A stretch of DNA of 32,000 bases from Sinorhizobium meliloti (GCF_017876815.1 NZ_JAGIOS010000001.1:2820001-2852000), one strand, 5' to 3'; shown: positions 17,327 to 28,014, numbered from the stretch's first letter. Numbers and translations are program-made. Notes: generated by a model not told the origin, from the letters alone.

Positions 17327-18181
17327 ATGAGAGTGCCGATGGCTGCCAAAGAACGATCCTTCCTCGCTCGTGTCCGCGAAATTCTGCCGGAGCTGCACCC
17401 GGCCGAGCGGCGGCTCGGCGATTTCCTCTGTGATTTTCCGGGGGAAATAGCGAGCTATTCCGCGCAGGAGCTGGCGGCTTTGGCCCATGTGTCGAAAGCG
17501 ACCGTGTCGCGCTTCGTTCAGCGTCTCGGCTATGAAAACTACGAGGAAGCGCGGCGGCACGCGCGCGCGGACAAGCAGACCGGGTCGCGCCTCTTCCTGG
17601 CGACGGCCACCGACGCCGACGGCCGGCAATCGGTCGCAGCGCATGTCGCCCAGGGCGTCGCCAATCTCGAAGCCACGTTCCTCGCGATCGGCGAGGCTGA
17701 GATCGATGCGGCTGCCACAGCCATCCTGGAGGCACGCAAGGTGTGGGTCATCGGCTTTCGCGCCAGCCATTCCTTCGCGACCTATCTGCAATGGCAGCTC
17801 ACGCAGGTGATCGAAAACATCGCTGCCATTCCCGGAGGCGGGCAGACGCTCGGCGAGCATCTGGTCAGCATCGGTCCCGACGACGTCGTCGTTCTCTTCG
17901 GCCTGCGGCGCCGCGTCGCTCTGATGGAGCAACTCATGGCGCAGGTGGAAAGAACCCAGGCGAAGTTGCTCTACATCACCGATGAAGGCGTGCCTCCCCT
18001 GAGCCGTGCGGCTTGGCACTTCCGTTGCCAGACGCTGGCGCCGGGACCGCTTTTCAACCACGTGTCGGTTATGGCGCTCTGCCATCTCCTGACCACGCGC
18101 TGCATCGAGACCGCAGGCGTGGCCGGCCGGAACCGGCTGCGTGGTATCGAGGCACTGAACGACACGCTGGAAGAGCTGTGA
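17327..18181 (+). CDS. MurR/RpiR-family transcriptional regulator (HTH + SIS domain)
   Basis: LHPAERRLGDFLCDFPGEIASYSAQELAALAHVSKATVSRFVQRLGYENYEEARR followed by a SIS-like domain (VWVIGFRASHSFATYL). An alternative start is ATG 17339. Confidence 0.85.
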   Translation: MRVPMAAKERSFLARVREILPELHPAERRLGDFLCDFPGEIASYSAQELAALAHVSKATVSRFVQRLGYENYEEARRHARADKQTGSRLFLATATDADGRQSVAAHVAQGVANLEATFLAIGEAEIDAAATAILEARKVWVIGFRASHSFATYLQWQLTQVIENIAAIPGGGQTLGEHLVSIGPDDVVVLFGLRRRVALMEQLMAQVERTQAKLLYITDEGVPPLSRAAWHFRCQTLAPGPLFNHVSVMALCHLLTTRCIETAGVAGRNRLRGIEALNDTLEEL

Positions 18182-18250
18182 GTCCGCTGAATGCAGGCCG
18201 CGACGGCTTATCTCGCCGTCGATAGGGCTCTGGCTGGAACGCCTTGCGTG

Positions 18251-18459
18251 TGGATCCTCGGGTCAAGCCCGAGGATGACGACCGGGTCAAGCCCGAGGAT
18301 GACGACCGGGTCAAGCCCGAGGATGAAAGGATGTTTCGATAAATTGCCGCGACGAGCGTCCCCCCCCCTGGCTGATATGAACCGTGCACGGGCCTCGCTG
18401 CGCCGGTTTCATGCGTCAACCCCTCAGCCAGTCATCCTCGGGCTTGACCCGAGGATCCA
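18251..18459. repeat. REP/MITE-like intergenic element: 29-bp terminal inverted repeats enclosing about 2.8 tandem copies of a 24-bp hairpin unit
   Basis: TGGATCCTCGGGTCAAGCCCGAGGATGAC (18251-18279) is the exact reverse complement of 18431-18459. The unit CGGGTCAAGCCCGAGGATGACGAC repeats at 18259, 18283 and 18307 (the last copy truncated). Each copy contains a CCTCGGG/CCCGAGG-type stem. Confidence 0.75.
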
Positions 18460-18639
18460 GCCACGAGCCACCAAGGCAGCGCGACCAAGCCCGTCAATGG
18501 CGACGCGCCGGGGACTGCCGGGAGGGGCAGGAATCCCTCTCCGTCGCCCCTGTGGATTCGGGGCTACGAAACTGTAGTTTCTTTATGTATGATTGAGAAG
18601 CTAAGTTTTCACGCTCGTTCAACCACAAGGGGAACAACA

Positions 18640-20104
18640 ATGGCAGCGGAAAATATGGTGCCGACCGGCGGGAGTTCGCCGGTCATTCGACAACTGGAAT
18701 CGGCTTTCACCAAAATCGGCGTTACCGGCGCGCACAAGCAGATCCTCGCCCTTGTCCTGATCGGTTGCCTGTTCGACAGCTTCGAACAGAACACGATCGG
18801 CGTCGCCGGCCCCATTCTCAAGGAGCACTGGGGTCTCACCGGCACGGATATCGGATTTCTCAACACGATCACCTTCGGCAGCGCCGCCATCGGGCGACTG
18901 CTGTCGGGCATTCTCGGCGACCGCTACGGCCGGCGGGTCATGCTGACGATCAATCTCCTGCTGTTCACCATCGGCTCGGCGGCCTGCGCGATGGCGCCGA
19001 ACTTCACCATGCTTTGTTTTGCCCGCGCGATCGTCGGCTTCGGCGTCGGCGGCGAAATCTCGACGGCGGTGACGATGCTCTCCGAATTCTGCTCGCCCAA
19101 GTTTCGCGGCACGGCCGCAGGCCTCGTGAATGTCGGCGCCGGTGGCTTCGGCAATTTCCTGGCGCCGGCATTCGGTCTGCTGATATTCACGCTTTTCCCC
19201 GGAGAGAACAGCTGGCGCTGGCTATTCGCATCGCTGGCGCTGCCGGCACTTCTGGTCGTCTTCTATCGCCGCTTTGTACCCGAGACGCCGCGGTTCCTCG
19301 CCTCGAAGAACAAGATCGGCGAGGCGAACAAGGTGCTGTCCATCCTGGCCTCAGGCTCGCTCAAACCGCGCAATCTCGTGGTGCACGAATACCTGACGAC
19401 AGACCATATGACGGACGAGGCACCCGATGAAGAGCGACTGGCGGGAACTCTTCCGCGCACCCTTCATCGGGCGGACCATACCGGTAGCGATCGCCATTCT
19501 CATGAGCTATGGCGCGCAATTGTCGGTCCTGACGCTGATGCCCGTCATCTTCGTGTCGATGGGCTATACGCTCTCCGGCAGCCTGCTCTACAGCATGATC
19601 ATCCAGAGCGGCAGCGTCCTCGGTGCGATCGCCGCTTCGATGTTCGGCTACTATCTGCCGCGCAAGAAGGTGCTGACCGTGGGTGCGGCGCTCGCCTGCC
19701 TTGCGGCGGTGTCGATCGTCACTCTCGGCACCAATATTTACCTCGTTCTCCTGTTCGGAGCCATCTTCCAGTTCTTCGTCCTGCTCCTCAACACGTCGAT
19801 CTGGATCTACGCGCCGGAACTGTTCCCAACGAGAATCCGTGCCTTCGGGGTGGCCCTCATCCTGGCAACGGGATCGGCGGCCGGCTCGTTCGTGCCCACG
19901 ATTTCCGGCATGCTGTTCGACAGCTACGGAATGGTCGGCGTCTTCGGGCTTGCTGCGGGGATGTATGCGGTCTTCGCATTCTGCATCCAGCTCGGGCCGG
20001 AAACCTACGGCCGATCGATGGAGGATCTCTCGCAACCGGCGGAGGCCGATCAGCCCAAAGTCGCGCAGCAGCAGGGGCCAGTCGCCGTGGAGCTCAGAAC
20101 GTGA
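18640..20104 (+). pseudogene. MFS transporter (metabolite:H+ symporter-like) interrupted by a frameshift near 19412-19433
   Basis: The N-terminal six-TM half is in frame 1 (MAAENMV...GDRYGRR...FVPETPRFL...TDEAPDE). The C-terminal half is in frame 2 from ATG 19427 (KSDWRELFRAPFIGRT...YAPELFPTRIRAFG...). Frame 2 is closed by TGA 19409-19411. Frame 1 runs on as nonsense into the next gene. RBS AAGGGGA before ATG 18640. Confidence 0.7.
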
Positions 20105-20760
20105 GCTCCCATCTCCTGCTGATCAACCCGAACAGCTCGCAGGCGACGAGCGAGATGATGGTCTCCATCGCGCAGAAGGCTGCGAACGGGCGCCTGGCCG
20201 TGGCAAGCGCCACGGCCAGGCGCAGTCCCCGGATGATCCTGAAGCCGGACGAACTGGCGGCCGCCGCCGACGAGGTGGTGGAAATCGGCACCAGACACGA
20301 GCCGGGCTGCCTCGGGATCATCGTCAGTGCTTTTGGCGATCCCGGCCTTGCCCTGCTTCGGGAGCGTGTCGGTATCCCGGTCGTGGGCATCTGCGAAGCT
20401 TCGATGCTGGAGGCTTCCCGGGATGGACGACGGTTCGGCGTTGCAACCACGACGCCCGACCTCGCGGATGCGATCGCCGAGCGGGCACGGCATCTGGGGC
20501 TTTCGCATCTCTACTCCGGCATCCGCTGTACGCCCGGCGATCCGCTCGCCGTTGCCGGAGACGAGGAGCGTCTGCGGACCTCGCTTTGGCACGCAGTTCG
20601 CGCCTCCGTCGACCTTGATGGGGCAGAGGCAGTCATCATCGGCGGCGGTCCGCTAGGAAAGGCCGCCGAGCAACTGCAGCCGCTATTCGATGTGCCCGTC
20701 ATCGGCCCGATACCGTCCGCCGTAATGCGGGTACTCGGGCTGTTGCAGGTCGATGCCTGA
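20101..20760 (+). CDS. Asp/Glu/hydantoin racemase-family protein (HyuE-like)
   Basis: HLLLINPNSSQATSEMM..., GIIVSAFGDPGL and VVGICEASM match the hydantoin-racemase-like pattern. GTG 20101 overlaps the MFS stop (GTGA), with GGAG 8 nt upstream. Confidence 0.8.
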   Translation: MSSHLLLINPNSSQATSEMMVSIAQKAANGRLAVASATARRSPRMILKPDELAAAADEVVEIGTRHEPGCLGIIVSAFGDPGLALLRERVGIPVVGICEASMLEASRDGRRFGVATTTPDLADAIAERARHLGLSHLYSGIRCTPGDPLAVAGDEERLRTSLWHAVRASVDLDGAEAVIIGGGPLGKAAEQLQPLFDVPVIGPIPSAVMRVLGLLQVDA

Positions 20761-20913
20761 GCGCAATTTCCGCGCGGAAACTTGGAAACCGTCACGTTTC
20801 ATGATCATAATTTGATCCAACCCGGATCGTTCCGCTGTCTCGTTGGAACATCGAAGCGATCCGGCTCCTCCCGGCAGTCTAAAAATCACCGTGATCAGGG
20901 AAGCGGATATTCG

Positions 20914-21813
20914 ATGTCTTCCGCCGAAACGCCCGAAATCAGTACAGCCCTCGTCGAACAATTGATTTCCGAACAGTTTCCGCAATGGGCGGACCTGCCG
21001 ATAAGGCCGGTCGAGTTCGGTGGGTGGGACAACAGGACCTTTCACCTCGGCGACGATATGAGCGTGCGGTTGCCGAGCGCCGCCCATTACGCGCTTCAGG
21101 TGGAAAAGGAGCAGCACTGGCTGCCTCGACTTGCACCGCACCTGCCGTTGCGTATTCCTGTGCCTTTAGCCATTGGGCGGCCGGGCAGGGGCTATCCGTG
21201 GCATTGGTCCGTCTATCGCTGGCTCCGGGGCGAGACCGCGACCCATGCGCCCATCGCCGATCTCGCCAGTTTTGCGACGACGCTCGGTGAATTCCTGGCT
21301 GCGCTGCAACGGATCGACGCGTGGAGCGGTCCGCCGCCCGGGCAACACAATTTCTACCGAGGCGGTCCTTTGGCCGTCTACGACCACGAAACGCGCCGGG
21401 CATTCGAAGCGCTCGAGGGCACGATCGACGTTGCCGCCGCACGTGTGGTGTGGGAGGCGGCGCTTGCCTCCGCATGGAACGATGATCCCGTCTGGTTCCA
21501 TGGCGATGTCGCCTCGGGCAACCTCTTGGTCGAAAACGGCCGCTTGAGCGCCGTGATCGATTTCGGCACGTCCGGCGTTGGCGATCCGGCTTGCGACCTG
21601 TCGATCTCCTGGACGATGTTCGATGAAACAAGCCGCGCCGCATTCCGGGACGCCCTTCCGCTCGACGAAGAGACCTGGGCGCGTGGCCGTGGATGGACCT
21701 TGTGGAAGGCGCTGATCGTTGCCGCCGAGATGCCGGGCACCGATCGACTGGAAATCGAAAAATCGCGGCGGGTCATCGATGCGCTTCTGTCGGATCATCG
21801 CCGCTATGGGTAG
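20914..21813 (+). CDS. Aminoglycoside phosphotransferase (APH)-family kinase
   Basis: WFHGDVASGNLLV (HGDxxxxN catalytic loop) and VIDFGTSGVGDPACDL (DFG-like). N-terminal G-W-D-N-R-T-F pattern. ATG 20914. The track start at 20782 is a TTG far upstream. Confidence 0.85.
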   Translation: MSSAETPEISTALVEQLISEQFPQWADLPIRPVEFGGWDNRTFHLGDDMSVRLPSAAHYALQVEKEQHWLPRLAPHLPLRIPVPLAIGRPGRGYPWHWSVYRWLRGETATHAPIADLASFATTLGEFLAALQRIDAWSGPPPGQHNFYRGGPLAVYDHETRRAFEALEGTIDVAAARVVWEAALASAWNDDPVWFHGDVASGNLLVENGRLSAVIDFGTSGVGDPACDLSISWTMFDETSRAAFRDALPLDEETWARGRGWTLWKALIVAAEMPGTDRLEIEKSRRVIDALLSDHRRYG

Positions 21814-21848
21814 CGAATTTTAATCCCGCGTCCTGTTGCCGATGCGGT

Positions 21849-22607
21849 TCAACCGGAAACGCGCGCGGTGGACTGACCGCACCACGACTGTGGCTGCCCG
21901 GTTCGCTTTCTGGCGAGCCCCTCCGATATGAGGATGTCTCCGAGGGACCTGCCGTTCCTGACGACGAGCCGCCGCTTGCCCGGCTCGTCGCCGGGGCTGG
22001 TTTCGGATGCAACGAGGGCGAAGTTTCCGGAATTCAGCAACTCGCGCAATCGTGCCTTGGCATAAGAGCCGCGCGACCGTTCCTCGTCGCATTTCGCGAG
22101 CTTCGTTTCCGGCGCGTCTATATCGGCGATGAGAATCCTCTGGCCCTGGTACAGGAAGGTATCGCCGTCGAGAACGCAGTTATCGTGGCGGATGCCGCAA
22201 AAATAAAAGGTGCCGCTCTCGGCCGGGCGCAGACTCGCCTGTTCGAGAGACTGCCTAACCGGTAGTTCAACGGGTGCAGGCGGGATCAATGCGGTCTTCG
22301 GCGCTATCGACCCGGTCTGCTCCTTCGGACGGAAAGGGATCGGAATGGTCGCCAGTTCCACCTTCTTTGGTGGTTTCTTCTCGGCCGGCTTCTTCGCCTG
22401 CGCTCTTTTCTCGGCCGGTTTCTCGGCGTGCGAAAGCAGTGCCGTCAGCTTCGATGCGCCGGGCAGATGGCCGAACTCCCCCCGATGCTCGTAGGCCACA
22501 ATCCCGCCGACGATGACTGCGGCCGCCAGATACCAGCGGCCCATACCGCTCCGGCTGCTCTTGCGGGCCGTACTGCGCTTTCGTCTTTTGGAATTTGTCT
22601 TGGTCAT
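21849..22607 (-). CDS. Thermonuclease (staphylococcal nuclease-like) family protein with an N-terminal membrane anchor and a Lys/Pro-rich linker
   Basis: CVLDGDTFLYQGQRILIADIDAPE...C...GSYAKARLRELL...GKRRLVVRNGRSLGDILISEGLAR matches SNase-homologue motifs. TM segment WYLAAAVIVGGIVAY. Confidence 0.8.
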   Translation of the reverse strand: MTKTNSKRRKRSTARKSSRSGMGRWYLAAAVIVGGIVAYEHRGEFGHLPGASKLTALLSHAEKPAEKRAQAKKPAEKKPPKKVELATIPIPFRPKEQTGSIAPKTALIPPAPVELPVRQSLEQASLRPAESGTFYFCGIRHDNCVLDGDTFLYQGQRILIADIDAPETKLAKCDEERSRGSYAKARLRELLNSGNFALVASETSPGDEPGKRRLVVRNGRSLGDILISEGLARKRTGQPQSWCGQSTARVSG

Positions 22608-22740
22608 GGGATTCGGTCCTCGATTGCGGCGGCATTATCGGGACCAGGGGTTAGTGAAAGGTTGTCGTAGCTGCGCGGGTCAAATCATTTCAGGTTCTGC
22701 ACTCTTCCCGATCCCGCCCTGACTACAGCGCTCAAGAAGG

Positions 22741-22770
22741 GAAGGGCGGCACCTGCGGGAGCCGCCCTTC
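22741..22770 (-). terminator. Hairpin downstream of the Gly-rich protein gene (terminator candidate)
   Basis: 10-bp stem GAAGGGCGGC/GCCGCCCTTC (22741-22750 and 22761-22770) with a 10-nt loop. The trailing sequence on the minus strand is only moderately T-rich. Confidence 0.35.
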
Positions 22771-22907
22771 AAGAGTTACCGTTGACGTTGCTGGACAAGC
22801 GCCCCGGCTTGTCACTTTCCCAGTCTGACCGTAAGCCGTCAACGGTCGTGATCACTCTTCTTGCTGATGCCAGGGACTTCCGTCACCGCGGCGATTGCCG
22901 CGGCTGC

Positions 22908-23711
<804 letters not shown>

Positions 23712-23905
23712 TTCTATACTCCTAAAAACATTAACTTTAAAAATACTTTTTAGAATTGAATTAAAATTAACTGTGGTCAATTTACAAATTGTTAGTAGAT
23801 GGCCATATCGCTGCCTCATTTCGGGTTATCAACCATGGCTTAATCTATCTTAGCTAGTCTCTACGGCGGACCGGGGGACTTATGCCCGCCGTTGGAGAAC
23901 GCCTC
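23712..23905. promoter_or_regulatory. AT-rich divergent intergenic/promoter region between the Gly-rich protein gene and the BTLCP gene
   Basis: By hand count, about 20 G/C in the 100 nt 23701-23800, versus roughly 60%+ elsewhere. Repeated TTAA/ATTAAC motifs. Flanked by divergent start codons at 23711 (minus) and 23882/23906 (plus). Confidence 0.5.
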
Positions 23906-24472
23906 GTGAAACGCTTCATTGCGCAGACAGTCTTTTTGTTGCTGATTGCGGCCCCTGGGGCTGCCGATGCCGGTACAACCATGAGGACCGCCGGCAAGGC
24001 CTTCGCGCCGCCGGCCTTCGCATCCTTCTGCGTCCGCGAGCCGCGGCTCTGCAACACTGGCGGCGGAAAGAAGGCCGTCGTTCTCGCTCCGGAAAAAATC
24101 AGCGAGCTCAAGCAGATCAACAGCTCCGTCAATGCAAGCATCCGAGAACGCAGCGACCGCGCAAACGTCGGCAAGGAAGATGACTGGCGTGTGCCGACCG
24201 CCTATGGAGACTGCGAGGACTTTGCAATTCTGAAGAAGCGGGAGCTCCTGAAACGGGGTTGGCCGGCCTCGGCTCTGCTACTTACGGTTGCGCGCTACCG
24301 CGGGGAGGGCCACACGGTTCTCACGGTCCGCACGAGCGAAGGTGACCTCGTGCTCGACAACAGGACCAACTCGGTCAGAGATTGGTCGCGCACCCCTTAT
24401 AATTACTTCGCCCGGCAGTCCCAGTCGAACGGTAAGCGCTGGGAATTGATCGCAGGCGCCCAAAATATCTGA
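23906..24472 (+). CDS. Periplasmic transglutaminase-like cysteine protease (BTLCP / LapG-like, peptidase C93-type)
   Basis: WRVPTAYGDCEDFAILKKRELLKRGWPASALLLTV...GEGHTVLTVRTSEGDLVLDN carries the Cys-His-Asp BTLCP pattern. Signal peptide VKRFIAQTVFLLLIAAPGAADA. GGAGA lies 7 nt before GTG 23906. ATG 23882 is the alternative start. Confidence 0.85.
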   Translation: MKRFIAQTVFLLLIAAPGAADAGTTMRTAGKAFAPPAFASFCVREPRLCNTGGGKKAVVLAPEKISELKQINSSVNASIRERSDRANVGKEDDWRVPTAYGDCEDFAILKKRELLKRGWPASALLLTVARYRGEGHTVLTVRTSEGDLVLDNRTNSVRDWSRTPYNYFARQSQSNGKRWELIAGAQNI

Positions 24473-24482
24473 TTTCGACTGA

Positions 24483-24514
24483 AACGGCGCTTTTCCCGCG
24501 CGGGAAAACCGTTA
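24483..24514. terminator. Bidirectional hairpin between the convergent BTLCP and macB genes
   Basis: Perfect 18-bp palindrome TTTTCCCGCGCGGGAAAA (24491-24508), extended by ACGG/CCGT flanks. T and A runs on both sides of the GC core. Confidence 0.45.
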
Positions 24515-24529
24515 CTGCGTGGAAGTGAT

Positions 24530-26473
24530 CTAATCCGCGCTGAGGGCCACCGCCGGCTGGAGGCGCGATGCGTTTCTGGCCGGCAGATAGCCGAAGAGCA
24601 GGCCGGTGAGAAATGCACAGGCGAAGGCAAGCGCGACGGGGCCAGGCGTGAAGCTGACGGGCATGCCGAAGGCTTTAGCGGCGTAACCTGTCGATAGACC
24701 GGCCACGACGCCGATCGCCCCGCCGATCGCGGAAACGACCAGCGCCTCGACGATGAACTGCACGAGTATGTCCCGCTCGCGCGCTCCGGTCGCCATTCTC
24801 ACGCCGATCTCGCGTGTGCGTTCACTGACGCTGACGAGCATGATGTTCATCACGCCGATGCCGCCGACGAGCAGCGAAATCGCTGCGACCGACCCCAGGA
24901 AGAATTTCATGGTGTTCGAAGTCTCGGTAAAGGCCTCGCGCACGGAAGACATGTTGGTGATCTGGGTATCGTCCTTCCTGTGGCGCTCATTGAGCAACGC
25001 TTGAATTCTCTCCTGGGTCAGGTCTATTGCCGAGGCATCCTGCACCTTGACGGTGATCGTGCGGATGTTGCGCTGACCGAAGAGGCGCATGCTGCCGGTC
25101 GTGAGCGGCACGAGGACCACGTCGTCCTGATCGTTGCCGCCGGCGCTGGCGCCCATCCCGCTCATCACCCCGATCACCTGGAAGGGGATCTTGTTCACGA
25201 GCACGTATTGACCGATCGGGTCGGAGCCCTCCGGGAAAAGCGTCTTGACGACGGTCTCGCCGAGCACCGCGACCGGTGCATATGTTTCCATGTCGTTCCG
25301 GTTGATGAACTCGCCGCGGCCGATCTTCCAGGACTTCGCTTCCGTGAACTGCGGCACAGTTCCGTTGGCGGTCGTCTGATAGTCGATGTTGCCGCGCCGA
25401 AGCGTCACCGTGCTCGTCATTTCCGGGACGGCGAACGCGACATTCGCAAGCTCGGTGATCGCGTCCGCATCTGCCGGCACGAGGGTGACATTCGTCCCGC
25501 CGGCGCTGCCGCGGAAATTCGCCATGCTGGGGCGGACGACGAGAAGATCCGATCCCATCGACGAGATGCGGTCGAGTACCGAATTCTGCGCGCCGGTGCC
25601 GATGGCGAGCATGGCGACAACCGAGCCGACGCCGATGACGATGCCGAGAAGCGTCAGGATCGTACGGAAGAGGTTTGCCCGTAGCGCCCGCAGTGCCATC
25701 TTCACCGCTTCCGACACGTCCGCGATTGCCGCGAAGCCCTCACGCGTGCGCTGGGCGAGACCGACGGCTGCATCGCGATTGCTGCGTCTTTTCTTGGAGC
25801 GGTCGGCAACGATGTGCCCATCGCTGATCTCGATCAGCCTGTCGGCCTGTGCGGCCACCTCGCGCGAATGGGTGATGACGATGACGGTGTGGCCGTTTTC
25901 GTTCATATCGCGAAGGAGGCGCATCACCTCGTCGCCGCTTTGGCTGTCGAGCGCGCCGGTCGGCTCGTCGGCAAGGATGACGCGGCCTCCATTCATCAGG
26001 GCGCGGGCGATCGAAACGCGCTGCTGCTGGCCACCGGAAAGCTGGTTCGGACGATGATCGATCCGTTCACCGAGCTTGAGCGACTGCAGGAGCGCCTCGG
26101 CACGATCGTGCCGGTCGCGGGCGGAAACGCCGGCATAGACCGCGGGCACCTCGACATTCTCCCGGGCGCTCGCGGTCGGGATCAGATTGTAGGACTGGAA
26201 GATGAAGCCGAAGGTGCGGCGACGCAGCGCCGCGAGCTCGTCGCTGTCGAAGCCGGAGACGTTTTCGCCTTCGATGAAGTAGCTGCCCGAGGTCGGCTGG
26301 TCGAGGCAGCCGAGAATGTTCATCAGCGTCGACTTGCCGGAACCGGATTGTCCGATGATCGCGACGAACTCGCCGGCCTCGATATCGAGGGATATATGGT
26401 GCAGGACCTCGACGGCGATGTCGCCGTTGAAATAGGTCTTGCTGACATCCTGGAGTGAAATGAGCGGCGCCAT
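24530..26473 (-). CDS. macB: MacB-type ABC exporter (fused N-terminal ATPase + FtsX-like permease)
   Basis: Walker [10 protein letters not shown], signature LSGGQQQRV, Walker [12 protein letters not shown], then a periplasmic domain and a C-terminal four-TM FtsX-type permease. 647 aa. Starts 8 nt after the macA stop. Confidence 0.9.
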
Positions 26474-26481
26474 CGGCGTGC

Positions 26482-27762
26482 TCAGAACATCGGCGGCATG
26501 CGCATGCCGCGCCGGGTGGCATTGGGAGCGCGGCTGCCGTTCGTGGCGGAGGCAGCGTCGACGACCACTTTCTCACCTTCCTGCAGCCCGCTGACGATTT
26601 CGGCGCTCACCCGATTGCGGACACCGACTTCGACGGTGCGCGTCTGCGTCGCACCGGACGGCGCGACGACGGTCACTTCCGCTCTTGCGGGCCCGTCGGA
26701 GGCCGCGGCTTCCACGGTGCGGAGTGCCGCGCTCGGCACGACCAGCACATTCTTGGCCGCCGCCTGGACAAAGAAGACCTGCGCGCTCATCGACATCATC
26801 AATTCGCCCGTGGGATTGGGGACATCGAAGAGGGCGTAGTAGAGGACGACGTTGTTCTCGGTATCGGGCATCGGCTCGATCTGGCGCAACTTGCCGGTGA
26901 AGCGCTTTCCGGGCTGTCCAAGCAGGGTGAAATACGCATCCATGCCGAGCTTCAGCTTGCCGACATCGGCTTCGGAGACCTGCGCCTTGACCGTCATCGT
27001 GGAAAGGTCGGCGATGGTGACGATCGTCGGCGTCGTCTGGTTGGCGTTGAGGGTCTGTCCCTCCTTGGCGGGATCGTCGACGATGGTGCCGGCCATCGGA
27101 GCATAGATCTTGGTATAGCCGAGATCGACCCGGTCCCCGGCAAGGGTGGCCTTCTGCTTGCGGATCTGCGCCTCGATCGCCTGCACATCGGCCCCAGCGG
27201 CCGCATGATCGGCGACGGCCTGGTCGAGCGTCGACTGCGAAACGCTGTTGGTGGCGACGAGATTGCGCTGACGCTCGATATTGGACTGCTTCAACACGAG
27301 CTGGGCCTTCTTCGAGACGAGCTGCGCTTCAAGATTGGCCAGTTCCGCCTCATCGATCTCGATCCTGTTCTCGATCGAGGCGGGGTCGATCTCAGCGATG
27401 AGCTGGTTCTGTTCGACCTTGTCGCCGATCCCGACATGCAGCGACTTCAACTGGCCGGAGACCTGTGCGCCGGCATCGACCGATTTGACCGCATCCAGCG
27501 TGCCGACGGCGGTCACGCTCTCTTCGATGTCGCCGCGCGTGACCGCCTGGGTGATCACGGTGGTGGCCGGCGGCGCCCCCTGGCGGCTCCAGGCATAGTA
27601 GCCCGTGCCGACAACCGCGAGCACCAGGAGCGCAAAGATCCAGGGGCGGCGCGAGCGGCGCTTCTTGCGCGGCGGCGTCACCGGAGCCGGGATGACCGTG
27701 ACATTCGACGGTGTCGAACCACGCGCCGCTTCGTCTTCCCTCGTCATCGCTGTGTTGCTCAT
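26482..27762 (-). CDS. macA: MacA-type periplasmic adaptor (HlyD/RND MFP family)
   Basis: N-terminal TM segment ([18 protein letters not shown]), lipoyl/coiled-coil hairpin pattern ([16 protein letters not shown]...[10 protein letters not shown]...[13 protein letters not shown]) and beta-barrel C-terminus. Directly upstream of macB. Confidence 0.85.
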
Positions 27763-28014
27763 CGATTTTCTCTATCTCAGGCATCTTCATTCAAGATAAA
27801 GATCAACCTGTTCAGCGAAAAGCTTTGAGATCATTATATTTTCGTAATGTAGGGAGGGCCGCGCCGGCAAAGCGGGCTCGGGTGCGACGCAGGCAGGGAA
27901 ACCGCACTCCGTCAGTGGGTTGCTCGGTTTTAGAGCAGGGCTGCCCTTAAAACGAGCCGGATATCCAAAACCGCTTGACGTTCCCCGATCGGACAATTAG
28001 AAACCTCACGAACC

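Noticed and set aside
18251-18330. Possible CRISPR array (short tandem repeats with hairpin potential)
   Set aside because: The 24-bp units are directly adjacent with no unique spacers, there are fewer than 3 copies, and there are no cas genes in the window.
18191-18577. 128-aa ORF containing a GSSPRMTT x3 repeat (and the antisense 18069-18419 ORF)
   Set aside because: The repeat is simply the translation of the 24-bp intergenic hairpin array. There is no RBS or coding signature.
18589-20760. Single 723-aa ORF spanning MFS and racemase
   Set aside because: It is an artefact of a stop-free frame. Residues after about 19430 in this frame are nonsense until the frame coincides with the racemase gene at 20101. 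The real MFS C-terminal half is in the +1-shifted frame (19427-20104).
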